The notes beneath the pieces were generated by a model. That model worked only from the letters and a program-made list of their open reading frames with translations. It ran no database searches and had not been told where the DNA came from. This document shows positions 37,922-46,778 of a DNA stretch of 64,000 nt, one piece after another (the first letter of the stretch is position 1; every line of letters begins with the position of its first letter). Position numbers and translations under genes: made by a program. The DNA lies in IMG/VR virus record IMGVR_UViG_3300023179_000035, positions 52,395 through 116,394 of that record. One strand, given 5' to 3'. Source of the DNA: a virus.

Positions 37922-38455
37922 GTGAGGGCGCTGCTACTTGACTCCACCTGGAGGCCGATAACTTTCATAAAAGAAGTACGCGCAGCTGTCATGGTCATGG
38001 CTGGCAAGGCAGAGGTAGTCACTGACTGGGAGGACAGGCACCTGTCCTCCCAGCGTATGACGATGAAGTCTCCTGCTGTCATTCGGCTCCACAGCTACGT
38101 TCATAGGCACCGCGGCGTGCCACGTTTTCGTCGGTCTGTCCTGTACTCTCGGGACGGCTGGCAGTGTCAGTACTGTGGTGAGAAGCTATCAGCCTCTAGC
38201 CTCACCATTGACCACGTGGTGCCCAGGGCCATGGGTGGCAAGACTTCTTGGAACAACTGCGTCGCGTCCTGCAGGCCCTGCAACAGGAAAAAGGGCTGCA
38301 TGCCCCTCCGTGAAGCAGGTATGACCCTCAAGAAGCAACCTACGCCGCCTAACCCTTCACACTTCTGGGACTGGCGCAATAGGTTATCAAGCGACTCGTG
38401 GCACCCCACGTGGTCGCAGTTCATAGGAGCGAAGAATGCCCAGGGAGCTTGTTGA
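37922..38455 (+). CDS. HNH endonuclease (McrA-like)
   Basis: RDGWQCQYCG...TIDHVVP..GG..WNNCVASCRPCNRKKG. Confidence 0.9.
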   Translation: MRALLLDSTWRPITFIKEVRAAVMVMAGKAEVVTDWEDRHLSSQRMTMKSPAVIRLHSYVHRHRGVPRFRRSVLYSRDGWQCQYCGEKLSASSLTIDHVVPRAMGGKTSWNNCVASCRPCNRKKGCMPLREAGMTLKKQPTPPNPSHFWDWRNRLSSDSWHPTWSQFIGAKNAQGAC

Positions 38456-38648
38456 ATACATTAGAGAAGTAATGGCTGCCAGCGACCGCGTCGACGGCCC
38501 GTATACTCATAACTTAGCTGACGACCCAGCGGCCCACGGCAAGTCCGCCCTCGTCCCTGACGACATCAAGGGCAAGATTTTCTCCTACTTCGAGAAGATG
38601 GGATTATCCGCCAAGCGGTCTAAGAAAAAATCCGGAAGAAGAACCTAA
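38436..38648 (+). CDS. Small hypothetical protein with LVEYIRE leader
   Basis: 70 aa, AGGAG SD. Confidence 0.5.
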   Translation: MPRELVEYIREVMAASDRVDGPYTHNLADDPAAHGKSALVPDDIKGKIFSYFEKMGLSAKRSKKKSGRRT

Positions 38649-38655
38649 TTAGCTA

Positions 38656-39753
38656 GTGGAGAACTACCGAATGAGCCTTAAATTTGGCCAGCTTAAAGAA
38701 GTAGCCGACGGTGTCATAAAGCGACAGAAGCTGCTTGACGCTGTCACGACAGAGGCTCGCGACACGTTTGGACCATTTATAAGCACCTGCGCTGACCTGT
38801 CGCGCGTCTGCGACGAGATCCTGAACAGGAGCGACCTGCTCGAGGCACGCGGCAGGCCATACGCGCATCACTTCAAGACTTCTACCCTCAAGAAGCTCCT
38901 CGAGTCGGGCGTGCAGCCTGCCCGGCTGGTAGCTGCAAGGTTCTTACCAGTAGACCTCACCAAGGACCTCGCGACGGACCGCGATCCAGACGTTAGGTAC
39001 GAGGCCTGCAAGAGGCTACCGGCTGACGTCGTCAAGGAGGCCTCAGAAAGCTACCCTGCAGACTTCGGTGTCAAGATGCTGCTTGAGGCCAAGGCGCCTG
39101 CGCACGACAGCGAGCACTTACACATGTACGACAAGAAGAGGATGGGCAAGGCGGCGCGGCCAGCCATCCAGCCTGACTTTACCGACGCATTCTACCACAC
39201 ACACGCCCTTAAGGCCGTCCAAGACTACGGCACTAACGTAGAGGGACAGTGGGAAGAGGTGTACGTGAAGAGGTACTGTTCTTCCTACACTCAGACGACA
39301 GGCATAGAGATCGACGCTGGCAAGCTGTACAAGTCGGTCATGGCAGTCCTCAAGAAGAAGGACGACGACGCCCTGACGCAAGGCGAGCTGAAGCGACTTG
39401 AGAAGCTGCACAGGATGCGTGAGTCTGCAGAGCGCGTCTCAGGGCCGAGCGAAGGGCAGGCTGTCGCCTCAAGCTCTGACTTCATCAAGCGTGTCAACGA
39501 GTCCTTCAGGGTGCGGCAGGCGATGATGCCAGCCGGCCTCCGCAAGTACACAGTATCGTCAGGCGACTTCATGGTTCCAATGAAGGCGACCGCGCCTGGT
39601 GGCGTCCTCACATACGACATTGAGAGGACTCTGGACGACTACGTCTCCCGCTGGAACGCTACGATGCAGCTCGTTGGCGAGAGCGTACAGCTGTCTTGGA
39701 CGCCTGACCCCGTGTCGGCCGGCGGCGTCTGCTTCAACCTGGTGATAAAGTGA
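38656..39753 (+). CDS. Hypothetical protein with a short HEAT-like repeat
   Basis: LATDRDPDVRYEAC. 365-aa ORF. Confidence 0.55.
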   Translation: MENYRMSLKFGQLKEVADGVIKRQKLLDAVTTEARDTFGPFISTCADLSRVCDEILNRSDLLEARGRPYAHHFKTSTLKKLLESGVQPARLVAARFLPVDLTKDLATDRDPDVRYEACKRLPADVVKEASESYPADFGVKMLLEAKAPAHDSEHLHMYDKKRMGKAARPAIQPDFTDAFYHTHALKAVQDYGTNVEGQWEEVYVKRYCSSYTQTTGIEIDAGKLYKSVMAVLKKKDDDALTQGELKRLEKLHRMRESAERVSGPSEGQAVASSSDFIKRVNESFRVRQAMMPAGLRKYTVSSGDFMVPMKATAPGGVLTYDIERTLDDYVSRWNATMQLVGESVQLSWTPDPVSAGGVCFNLVIK

Positions 39754-40310
39754 TGAACTACGCAGACACCAGGGTGTCACGTCCTACCCTCACGGCAGTC
39801 AGCGCCTGTATGCAGAGCTCAAACGAGCCCTACTGGGAGCTCTTCGTCGTCATAGGCCTGCTGCGTCACCTGTATTTCGTCCACCAGACAAACCACTGGA
39901 CAGTGTCAGGCGACCCATTCTATGGAGACCACCAGCTCTTCCAGCGCCTCTACGCGGGTGTAGAGGAGAACGGAGGCATCAACGACGAGATAGACAGCGT
40001 AGCCGAGAAGGCTGTAGGCCTAGGCTCAGCTAACCTAGTCGACCTAGCGTCGCAGCTGGCCTTCGTGTCGCAGTTGCAGCAGAGCTTCGGCCACCGCCCT
40101 TACAACCTCCCACACCCAGACAAGCTCGTCCAACTGTCGCTGTCGGCAGAGCTGACGTTCCTGCACGCCATGGAGCACGTCTGCCAGTCGCTTAAGTCGT
40201 CTGGGATGATGACACACGGCCTCGACAACCTGCTGGCTGGCATTGAAGACACACACGAGAGCTCTGTCTACCTCCTGAAGCAGAGGTCGACGTCAGTCTT
40301 CCTACCATAA
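39750..40310 (+). CDS. Dps/ferritin-like protein
   Basis: HQTNHWTVSGDPFYGDHQLFQRLY...IDSVAEK...HESSVYLL. Confidence 0.8.
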   Translation: MMNYADTRVSRPTLTAVSACMQSSNEPYWELFVVIGLLRHLYFVHQTNHWTVSGDPFYGDHQLFQRLYAGVEENGGINDEIDSVAEKAVGLGSANLVDLASQLAFVSQLQQSFGHRPYNLPHPDKLVQLSLSAELTFLHAMEHVCQSLKSSGMMTHGLDNLLAGIEDTHESSVYLLKQRSTSVFLP

Positions 40311-40331
40311 CTTAGGCTGTCGCGCCAAATG

Positions 40332-40362
40332 AAAACGGCCTCCGAGCGGAGGCCGTTTTTTT
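40332..40362. terminator. Bidirectional Rho-independent terminator between convergent genes
   Basis: AAAACGGCCTCC-GAGC-GGAGGCCGTTTTTTT. Confidence 0.9.
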
Positions 40363-40378
40363 ATATTGTAGGTTTAAA

Positions 40379-40978
40379 TTACTTCTTGCTTAGCTGCTTT
40401 ATGTGTTGAGCGATAGCCTCTGGCGAACGGATGTCTGGGTTCTCTTCCTTGGCATGCTTCATCATCTTGATGAGTTTCGTCATAGAGACATCGCCCTCTT
40501 TATTCTTGCCAGCCCTCTTGGCCAGGGACTTTGCCATCTTCTTCTGGGTCTTCATGGAGGGGCCCTTCCGCCTCTTCTTTTTCTTGGCCTCTAGGATGAC
40601 TGACTCAACCATGCCTGAGTAGCCACACTCGTCGCAGTAATCCCCCTCTGCGGCCATCCCGCCTCCGCACTTGTCACAAGCCTCTGTCGACTCGTCCATG
40701 TCATACTCGGCCCCGCAGCCACAGCCCTCTTCAGTGTCGGTCATCAGCATCTTACCACACATTGGACACGCTGATCCAGCGTCGCAGCAGCCACACGACG
40801 TTCCTGTCGAGTGGCATCCGCAGTCGCAGTGGCCCTCATCCGTCATTGCCCGGACGTCAGGTGCGCCTACAGGAACGCCAGCTGGCATCTCTGCCCAAGC
40901 CCCCATAGATGGGTCGCCAAAGTTCTCAACCAGCCTGCCGCGCTTTGTGACGGCCCACTCAATTAGCCTTTTGTCCAT
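40379..40978 (-). CDS. Cys-rich, Lys-tailed hypothetical protein
   Basis: CDCGCH, CGCC, CPMC, CGC, CDKC, CDEC, then a very basic C-terminus. AGGAG SD and ATAGTTA upstream. Confidence 0.6.
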   Translation of the reverse strand: MDKRLIEWAVTKRGRLVENFGDPSMGAWAEMPAGVPVGAPDVRAMTDEGHCDCGCHSTGTSCGCCDAGSACPMCGKMLMTDTEEGCGCGAEYDMDESTEACDKCGGGMAAEGDYCDECGYSGMVESVILEAKKKKRRKGPSMKTQKKMAKSLAKRAGKNKEGDVSMTKLIKMMKHAKEENPDIRSPEAIAQHIKQLSKK

Positions 40979-41057
40979 GGATGTCTCCTGGGTTTTAACT
41001 ATGTCGTTGTTTGTGTTTTAGTTGTATACTGGACGTCCTACTGCATAATATCAGCCC

Positions 41058-41432
41058 ATGGTAGATCGTCTCAAAGAGATGCTACAGCTGCGTGAGCACT
41101 TCATGTCCGAGCTGGCAGCACGGCGACCGATGGTACTGCAGCAGTGGCCTGTCGATATCAAGACCAAGGAGTCACAGCAGGTGGTACGCGACACAGTGCT
41201 GAAGGGCGTCGAGGAGATGTTTGAGTCCCTGCAGCACCTCAAGAACTGGAAGCCTCACAGGGACACAGAAGTCCGCGACTTTGACCACCAGGCATTCCTG
41301 GAGGAGTACGTCGATGCCTTCAACTACTTCCTGTCAGTGCTCGTCATGCTAGGCATCGACGCAGACGAGTTCTACGAAGCCTACCTCCGGAAGGACGCGA
41401 TCATCCACGAGAGGCTCAAGGTCGGGTACTGA
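41058..41432 (+). CDS. All-alpha NTP pyrophosphatase (dimeric dUTPase/MazG-like)
   Basis: EEMFE...KNWKPH...EEYVDAFNY...YLRKDAIIHER..GY. Confidence 0.8.
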   Translation: MVDRLKEMLQLREHFMSELAARRPMVLQQWPVDIKTKESQQVVRDTVLKGVEEMFESLQHLKNWKPHRDTEVRDFDHQAFLEEYVDAFNYFLSVLVMLGIDADEFYEAYLRKDAIIHERLKVGY

Positions 41433-41434
41433 GG

Positions 41435-42379
41435 ATGATAGACTGGTCCAACCTAGGCGCAGCCCTCCAGGCCCAGCGGTGCTTCTCTGATATTTTCTTT
41501 GAATCCTCGTCCATGTCTGACGAAGAAAAGACGCGACAGTTCAAGTCTTTCCTGCTGTCTCTCCACTCTGAGCTGTCAGACCTGGCAGGGGCTGTTAACT
41601 ACAAGGACCACCGTCCTGGGACACACGTTGACCGCCAGAAAATTCTATTTGAGTCTGTCGACGTCTACCGTTACCTGCTCGCAGTATTAAACCTGTGGGG
41701 CATTGACGCTGGCACCTTCGCGTCTGCCCTGGAACAGAAGGACCACCTCTTGCATTACAGGCACCTGTTGCAGCAGAGGTCTTGGGCTGGGCAGCCTGTC
41801 GTCCTGTTCGACATGGACGACGTCCTCGCGGGCTTCAGGGACAAGTTCTGCGAGTTCTCCACCCAGCGGTACGGCTTCTTCGTAGACCCTGACAGCCCTG
41901 AGTACTACAACACTAACGCCTTCAAGGCCCACGGCGCCTCCGACGCAGACGCTTTCGCTGAGTTCATAGACGCTCGTGGGTTCTCGACGCTGGGGGTCAT
42001 ACAGCCCTACATGGACTTGATGTTCTCTTTGAAGGAGATGGGTTACTGGGTCCACATCGTCACAGCCCGACCAGAACGCAGTAGGTTCTGCTACCACGAC
42101 ACCTACTCCTGGCTGTCGAGGCACAGCGTGCCCGCTGACGCTGTCACATTTACCCCTGAGAAGTACGCGTGGCTCGTCGGCCAGCCCTACGTGTCGTCTG
42201 CCGGGCTCTTCGCCATCGACGACTCTCCCAAGCACGCTGCGGAGTACGCGAAGCACGGGGTCAGGGTCCTGGTCCCATCGAGACCGTATAATAGGGAGAT
42301 CGCCGGCCTGAAGAACGTTACTTACGTTGGCCCGGACGATAGCCCGCTAGACAAAGTGAGAGAACTTCTCTCCTTGTAA
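41435..42379 (+). CDS. Fusion of an all-alpha NTP-PPase-like domain and a HAD 5'(3')-deoxynucleotidase
   Basis: N-terminal SELSDL...ESVDVYRY; C-terminal FDMDDVL, IVTAR, K, IDDSPKH, PYN. Confidence 0.75.
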   Translation: MIDWSNLGAALQAQRCFSDIFFESSSMSDEEKTRQFKSFLLSLHSELSDLAGAVNYKDHRPGTHVDRQKILFESVDVYRYLLAVLNLWGIDAGTFASALEQKDHLLHYRHLLQQRSWAGQPVVLFDMDDVLAGFRDKFCEFSTQRYGFFVDPDSPEYYNTNAFKAHGASDADAFAEFIDARGFSTLGVIQPYMDLMFSLKEMGYWVHIVTARPERSRFCYHDTYSWLSRHSVPADAVTFTPEKYAWLVGQPYVSSAGLFAIDDSPKHAAEYAKHGVRVLVPSRPYNREIAGLKNVTYVGPDDSPLDKVRELLSL

Positions 42380-42415
42380 TAGGGAAACATAGGCTGTAGT
42401 TTTAAGCGGAGGCAA

Positions 42416-43348
42416 ATGACAATGTCGACAATCACCAATGGCTTCAAGGGCATCAAGGTAACCCTGCTGGACCCAGGCAACGATCGTCCGTTCCAAATGT
42501 TCTGGAACTGGTACAGGGAGACGTGGTACTCACTGCGGGACCAGGAGTATGACCACACCAATCCCGAGCACATCAAGGCTGCAAAGGAGGTCCTAGAAGC
42601 CAAAGCTTTGCCCGTCCCACAGGAGGCGCTTAACTTCCAGATTCGAGTCGAGGGACTCAGTCGAGTCGCCCTGGCCCAGTTCACACGCGGTCGCGTCGGT
42701 TGGGCTTACTGCGTCACGTCGCAGATGCCAGAGAAGATCGAGCACGACGTCATCGTTCCCAAGAACATCTACGAGTCCGAGTTTGGCGCCGAGGCGGCCG
42801 AGCTCGTTCTCAAGTCCCAGAGCCTCTACGAGAAGATGGTGGCGGCAGGAGTTCCTCCTCAAGATTGCCGTTATTTGACGATTCACGGGCAGACGACCAA
42901 CCTGGTCTGCCTCGTCAACTTCATGGCCCTCAAGGGGTACTTCGCACGTCGCTGTGAGAATGGCCTGACAGACGAGCTCAACATGATCGGTCGCCTCATC
43001 CTCCACGAGCTTCGTGTCGCGCACCTCGACGGTGCTGGCAATGACAAGGTGCCAGGCTCAGGCTGGTCTGTCCTCCTCAGCAAGCTAGACGCGATGGGAG
43101 GCAGCAGGGCGTGCCTTAACAACGACAAGGTCTTCGGTAACACTGGCAGGGCGCCGTCGGCCGGCGATTGGATTCCTTCGCCCATCAACGAGAACAACAA
43201 GTGCGACTGGTCCTTCGACAAGTCGGCGTGGTACTACGAGCTCCTGGAGATGCCTGACCACCTCCTCTTCCCAGGCGAGAAGGAGATGATCCAGGACTGG
43301 CGGGACATTGGCTTCGAGGGCCGTCTCCGAAAGATCGAGAAGAAGTGA
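42416..43348 (+). CDS. Divergent ThyX-like flavoprotein
   Basis: EALNFQIRVEGLSRVALAQFTRGRVG...SQ, LYEKMVAAGVPPQDCRY, NFMAL..YFARRC. The RHR-x7-SxR motif is altered. Confidence 0.7.
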   Translation: MTMSTITNGFKGIKVTLLDPGNDRPFQMFWNWYRETWYSLRDQEYDHTNPEHIKAAKEVLEAKALPVPQEALNFQIRVEGLSRVALAQFTRGRVGWAYCVTSQMPEKIEHDVIVPKNIYESEFGAEAAELVLKSQSLYEKMVAAGVPPQDCRYLTIHGQTTNLVCLVNFMALKGYFARRCENGLTDELNMIGRLILHELRVAHLDGAGNDKVPGSGWSVLLSKLDAMGGSRACLNNDKVFGNTGRAPSAGDWIPSPINENNKCDWSFDKSAWYYELLEMPDHLLFPGEKEMIQDWRDIGFEGRLRKIEKK

Positions 43349-43872
43349 TGGGCGGCCAGCTCGTAGTCATCTATGACAGCGTCGATGGGACAGGCAAGAC
43401 CCACATGGCCCAGGAGCTGTCACGCCGCACAGGAGTGCCGTACTTCAAGAACGCGGACGAGCACAAGTACTTCTTGCGCGACCCTGAGTACTTCATCCAC
43501 GCTATCAGGTACGTCGACTCGTATTTCACTTCCTACCTAGAGGCTTCCAAGGCCTCTGTCATCCTGGACAGGGCTTGGCCGTCAGAGTTTGTCTACAGCC
43601 ACGTGCTGGGCCGGAAGACAGACATGGAGGTGCTTCGCGACTTGGACTCCCGACACGCGGCCCTGGGGACGAAGATCGTCATCCCATTCAGGTCCTCGTA
43701 CGTGGGAATACGGGACGACTACGAGCTGGTCACCAACAACGTCCAGAAGATCCACGACAGGTACATGGAGTTCGCAGCGTGGACGCAGTGCAGCACCCTG
43801 CTGCTCAATGTCGATGACGAAGACATGGAGCGCGAGATGTCAGAGACGATGGTCTTCCTGGAGGCTGCGTGA
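43345..43872 (+). CDS. Second dNMP kinase (thymidylate kinase-like P-loop)
   Basis: YDSVDGTGKTH, ILDRAWPSEFVY. Confidence 0.8.
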   Translation: MMGGQLVVIYDSVDGTGKTHMAQELSRRTGVPYFKNADEHKYFLRDPEYFIHAIRYVDSYFTSYLEASKASVILDRAWPSEFVYSHVLGRKTDMEVLRDLDSRHAALGTKIVIPFRSSYVGIRDDYELVTNNVQKIHDRYMEFAAWTQCSTLLLNVDDEDMEREMSETMVFLEAA

Positions 43873-44450
43873 TCTTACAGCGTATCAACACCCGCGGCGG
43901 AGGGGTCCTGTTAAAGTTCCCATGCAACGAGCCGAGGCCGGGGCAGTGCGTGGCCTTTGACGGCAAGTACTTCGTCATCGCGCACCACTTCAACGGCGTC
44001 GGCGCCGTCTTCACCAAGCCCAAGTCTGCCATCGACCTCCCACATGGGACCCACGTCGACCTATCGAAGCCAGTCGGCAAGGGCTTCAATGTGGAGGCTA
44101 TCGAATTGACGCCTGTCATCGTTACGGGTGGCACGGGTTTTGCTGCAGGCCTATCGCTCCTGAGACATTTTTACGAGTCGAAGCAGGACTTTCGAATGGT
44201 AGCCTACACCCGCCAGCCTTCGCAAGTCGATGACGTCACAGGCCTGCTTGCTGTACCTCGTGATGACAGGCTCCAAACGTGGAACACGCAACTCCTAGGA
44301 CGCCCTGCCGCTCCACTGGACCCATTGAATATTTCAATCACAGCCTCAACACCTGTCTTCTTTGCAGGACCAAAAGAGCTCCACGAAGCGCTAAGAACAG
44401 ACCTTGATAAAAGAGGGCTGAGTGACGTTACAATTCGACTCAATTACTGA
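43869..44450 (+). CDS. Ferredoxin-NADP reductase superfamily / flavin reductase-like protein
   Basis: PRPGQ, PVGKGF, VTGGTGFA, FFAGP, and a C-terminal aromatic residue (RLNY). Confidence 0.65.
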   Translation: MILQRINTRGGGVLLKFPCNEPRPGQCVAFDGKYFVIAHHFNGVGAVFTKPKSAIDLPHGTHVDLSKPVGKGFNVEAIELTPVIVTGGTGFAAGLSLLRHFYESKQDFRMVAYTRQPSQVDDVTGLLAVPRDDRLQTWNTQLLGRPAAPLDPLNISITASTPVFFAGPKELHEALRTDLDKRGLSDVTIRLNY

Positions 44451-44453
44451 AAG

Positions 44454-44465
44454 GTACCTAGGTAC
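44454..44465. promoter_or_regulatory. Perfect 12-bp palindrome, candidate operator upstream of the RHH/GIY-YIG cassette
   Basis: GTACCTAGGTAC, about 30 nt upstream of the RHH ATG. Confidence 0.4.
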
Positions 44466-44494
44466 TTTTGAACCTGAAGGAGATACGTATAGCC

Positions 44495-44662
44495 ATGAGA
44501 CAAACGAAGGTCACGATCGACGAAGAGACTCACAAGCAGCTAAAGGTGTACTGTGCACAGCACGGTCTACTGATGAGCCAATTCCTCTCGGAGATCATTC
44601 GAGAGAGGATTGGCAACAATGTGGACAGTAAAGACAGTACAGGAAATTCCGACAAACCCTAA
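44495..44662 (+). CDS. Ribbon-helix-helix DNA-binding protein
   Basis: TKVTIDEETHKQLKVYCAQHGLLMSQFLSEIIRERI. Confidence 0.7.
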   Translation: MRQTKVTIDEETHKQLKVYCAQHGLLMSQFLSEIIRERIGNNVDSKDSTGNSDKP

Positions 44663-45788
44663 GATGATGGGGATCTATCAGATCACCAATACAGTCAATG
44701 GAAAGAAGTACGTTGGGAAGAGCAAGAACATACGATTGCGATGGATGGGGCACATCGGTGCCAATCGAAAAGGGAAAGCTGTCAACAAGCATTTCCAGCA
44801 TGCTTGGGACAAATACGGGGAGGACAACTTCACTTTTCACATTCTCGAGATTGTCACTGATGAGTCCCAGCTTGGTATGAGAGAGAAACTTCTTGTAGAA
44901 GAGCACAATCCTGAATACAATGTTTCTATTGTTGATGATGGTCAGTGGACCATGACCTCTGAAGAATGTGAGAAACGAAGACAGAGAAGGCTTCAAGCAG
45001 ATCCGCAGTGGAACAAAAGAATAGGTGAAGCTCTTCGAGGTAAGAAGAAGAGCGAAGAACATACACGTAAGATGATCATGGGTCTCACGGGCAGGAAAAT
45101 GACCCCTGAACAGATTGAGAAGATTCGAAAATCTTCAACTGGCAGATCAGTTCCTGATTATGCGAGAAAGAAAATTGCAGAGAAGGCTAAGGGAAACCAA
45201 CGCTGGAAATTTAGGACTGACGCCTGGCGTGAGAAGGTCAGAGCCGCTGTCAAAAGAACACATGAGTTAATGCGACAACGTCGTCAAGCTAAGAAAGAAA
45301 AGGAAGAAATGATGAAAAATTCAAATGGTTTTGGTCGTAAGCTAGCATGCTATTTAGCGTCAGGTTGGTTCTCACCTGACCAGGATAAGCAGCTGACCAA
45401 GCTCGAGGCAGTCTTCGACAGCCGAGCCGACTGGATCAACCTGGCGTCACCCCGTCGAATCTTCGTGTGTCCGCCGGATGCTTCGCAGGAGGTGCAAGAC
45501 AACGTCTTCAGCGGCAACGTGAAGCACATCAAGGAGGCTGACTTCACTCTCGTCAACACCACCTATCGTGACATCGGCACGATCTGGGAGGCCGGCGCAG
45601 CTTACGCGTACGGCACGAAGATCGTTTACTTCTGCGAAAATCTGCCACCTGGCGCCAAGTTTAATCTTATGCTCAGTAGAAGCGGCATTAAAGTCTGCAC
45701 CACCTTCGAGCAGCTTGAAGACTATCTGGAGCGCTGTAAGGCCGCTGGCGAGATGCTCTACGAGCCATACGACAAAGAGATTGAGTAA
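44610..45788 (+). CDS. GIY-YIG homing endonuclease (NUMOD3-like repeats) fused in frame to a nucleoside 2-deoxyribosyltransferase-family domain (probable own start at 45309)
   Basis: GIYQITNTVNGKKYVG...R...E...YN and GKKKSEEH repeats, then YLASGWFS...DIGTIWEAGAAYA...FNLML. Confidence 0.8.
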   Translation: MATMWTVKTVQEIPTNPKMMGIYQITNTVNGKKYVGKSKNIRLRWMGHIGANRKGKAVNKHFQHAWDKYGEDNFTFHILEIVTDESQLGMREKLLVEEHNPEYNVSIVDDGQWTMTSEECEKRRQRRLQADPQWNKRIGEALRGKKKSEEHTRKMIMGLTGRKMTPEQIEKIRKSSTGRSVPDYARKKIAEKAKGNQRWKFRTDAWREKVRAAVKRTHELMRQRRQAKKEKEEMMKNSNGFGRKLACYLASGWFSPDQDKQLTKLEAVFDSRADWINLASPRRIFVCPPDASQEVQDNVFSGNVKHIKEADFTLVNTTYRDIGTIWEAGAAYAYGTKIVYFCENLPPGAKFNLMLSRSGIKVCTTFEQLEDYLERCKAAGEMLYEPYDKEIE

Positions 45789-45862
45789 GTGAAAAACTCG
45801 GCATGAGTAGTGTACCATCAGGATGGCCCTCAAAAAGCCATCCTGATTTCATTTGGAAAACA

Positions 45863-46732
45863 ATGAGCCAAATCCTATTGCCTCCCTCACGGTTTGTTAG
45901 CCTACACTCGCATAGTCACTTCAGTACTTATGACGGGGTCGGTTACCCAGCCGACCACGCTAACTTTGCACTAAAGAATGGCTTAGACGCTTGGTCCCTG
46001 ACAGACCATGGCAATGGCAACGGCCTTGCCCACGCTCACGCTCACGCCAAGAAGTTGAAGTCCAAAGGGGCGAAGTTCCGCCAGCTCTACGGCGTCGAGT
46101 TCTATTTCGTCCCTGACCTAGCCGACTGGAAGGTCCGCTATGACCTAGCCAAGAAAGAGAAGGGGCAGGAGGGCGACAAGAAGGCTGAAGACGAGGAGGA
46201 GGCAGGCCTGGTCGTAGAGGATGCAGACGAGACGCGGTCGGACAACGACAGGTTCGTAGACATCAACAAGCGTTACCACCTCGTCGTTGTCGCCAAGAAT
46301 AGGGTCGGCCTCTCTAACCTCTTTACGCTGGTCAAGAAGAGCTACGTCGACGGCTTCTATAAGTTCCCACGCATTGACTTTAACCTGCTGAAGCAGCACG
46401 GCGAAGGGTTGGTGGTTTCAACTGCGTGTCTTACAGGTGATGCGGAACTCGTGACCGATGGGGGAACAGAGACACTTCTCAGCGTTATCGAGAGATATAA
46501 GCAGGGAGAAAATCCTGTTGTTCTTTCTTTCAATGAATCGAATAAGGAACTTCAATTCAAGCGAGTTTTGTGGGGAGACAAAACGAGAACTTCCGCTAAG
46601 ATCGTCAAAGTAAAAACTGCAGATGGTAAAGAAGTTAGACTCACTCCCGACCATCAGGTCCTAACAAACAAGGGGTGGCTTCGAGCAGATGAGCTAAAGA
46701 GAAATATGCCAGTCAAGATTGTTTCTTTGTGA
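45863..46732 (+). CDS. dnaE: DnaE fragment 1 (PHP domain) plus 101-aa split-intein N-fragment (Cys1 at 46427)
   Basis: LHSHSHFSTYDG, TDHGN, GVEFY, HLVVVAKN, PRID, VSTA|CLTGDAELV...LTPDH...stop. Confidence 0.92.
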   Translation: MSQILLPPSRFVSLHSHSHFSTYDGVGYPADHANFALKNGLDAWSLTDHGNGNGLAHAHAHAKKLKSKGAKFRQLYGVEFYFVPDLADWKVRYDLAKKEKGQEGDKKAEDEEEAGLVVEDADETRSDNDRFVDINKRYHLVVVAKNRVGLSNLFTLVKKSYVDGFYKFPRIDFNLLKQHGEGLVVSTACLTGDAELVTDGGTETLLSVIERYKQGENPVVLSFNESNKELQFKRVLWGDKTRTSAKIVKVKTADGKEVRLTPDHQVLTNKGWLRADELKRNMPVKIVSL

Positions 46733-46737
46733 AACAA

Positions 46738-46772
46738 CTACCGCCTAGACATCCATATTGCTTAGGAGGTAG
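46738..46772 (+). promoter_or_regulatory. Hairpin sequestering the SD of the endonuclease gene
   Basis: CTACC-G-CCTAG pairs with TTAGG-A-GGTAG, covering AGGAGG. ATG at 46779. Confidence 0.6.
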
Positions 46773-46778
46773 CCGTTA

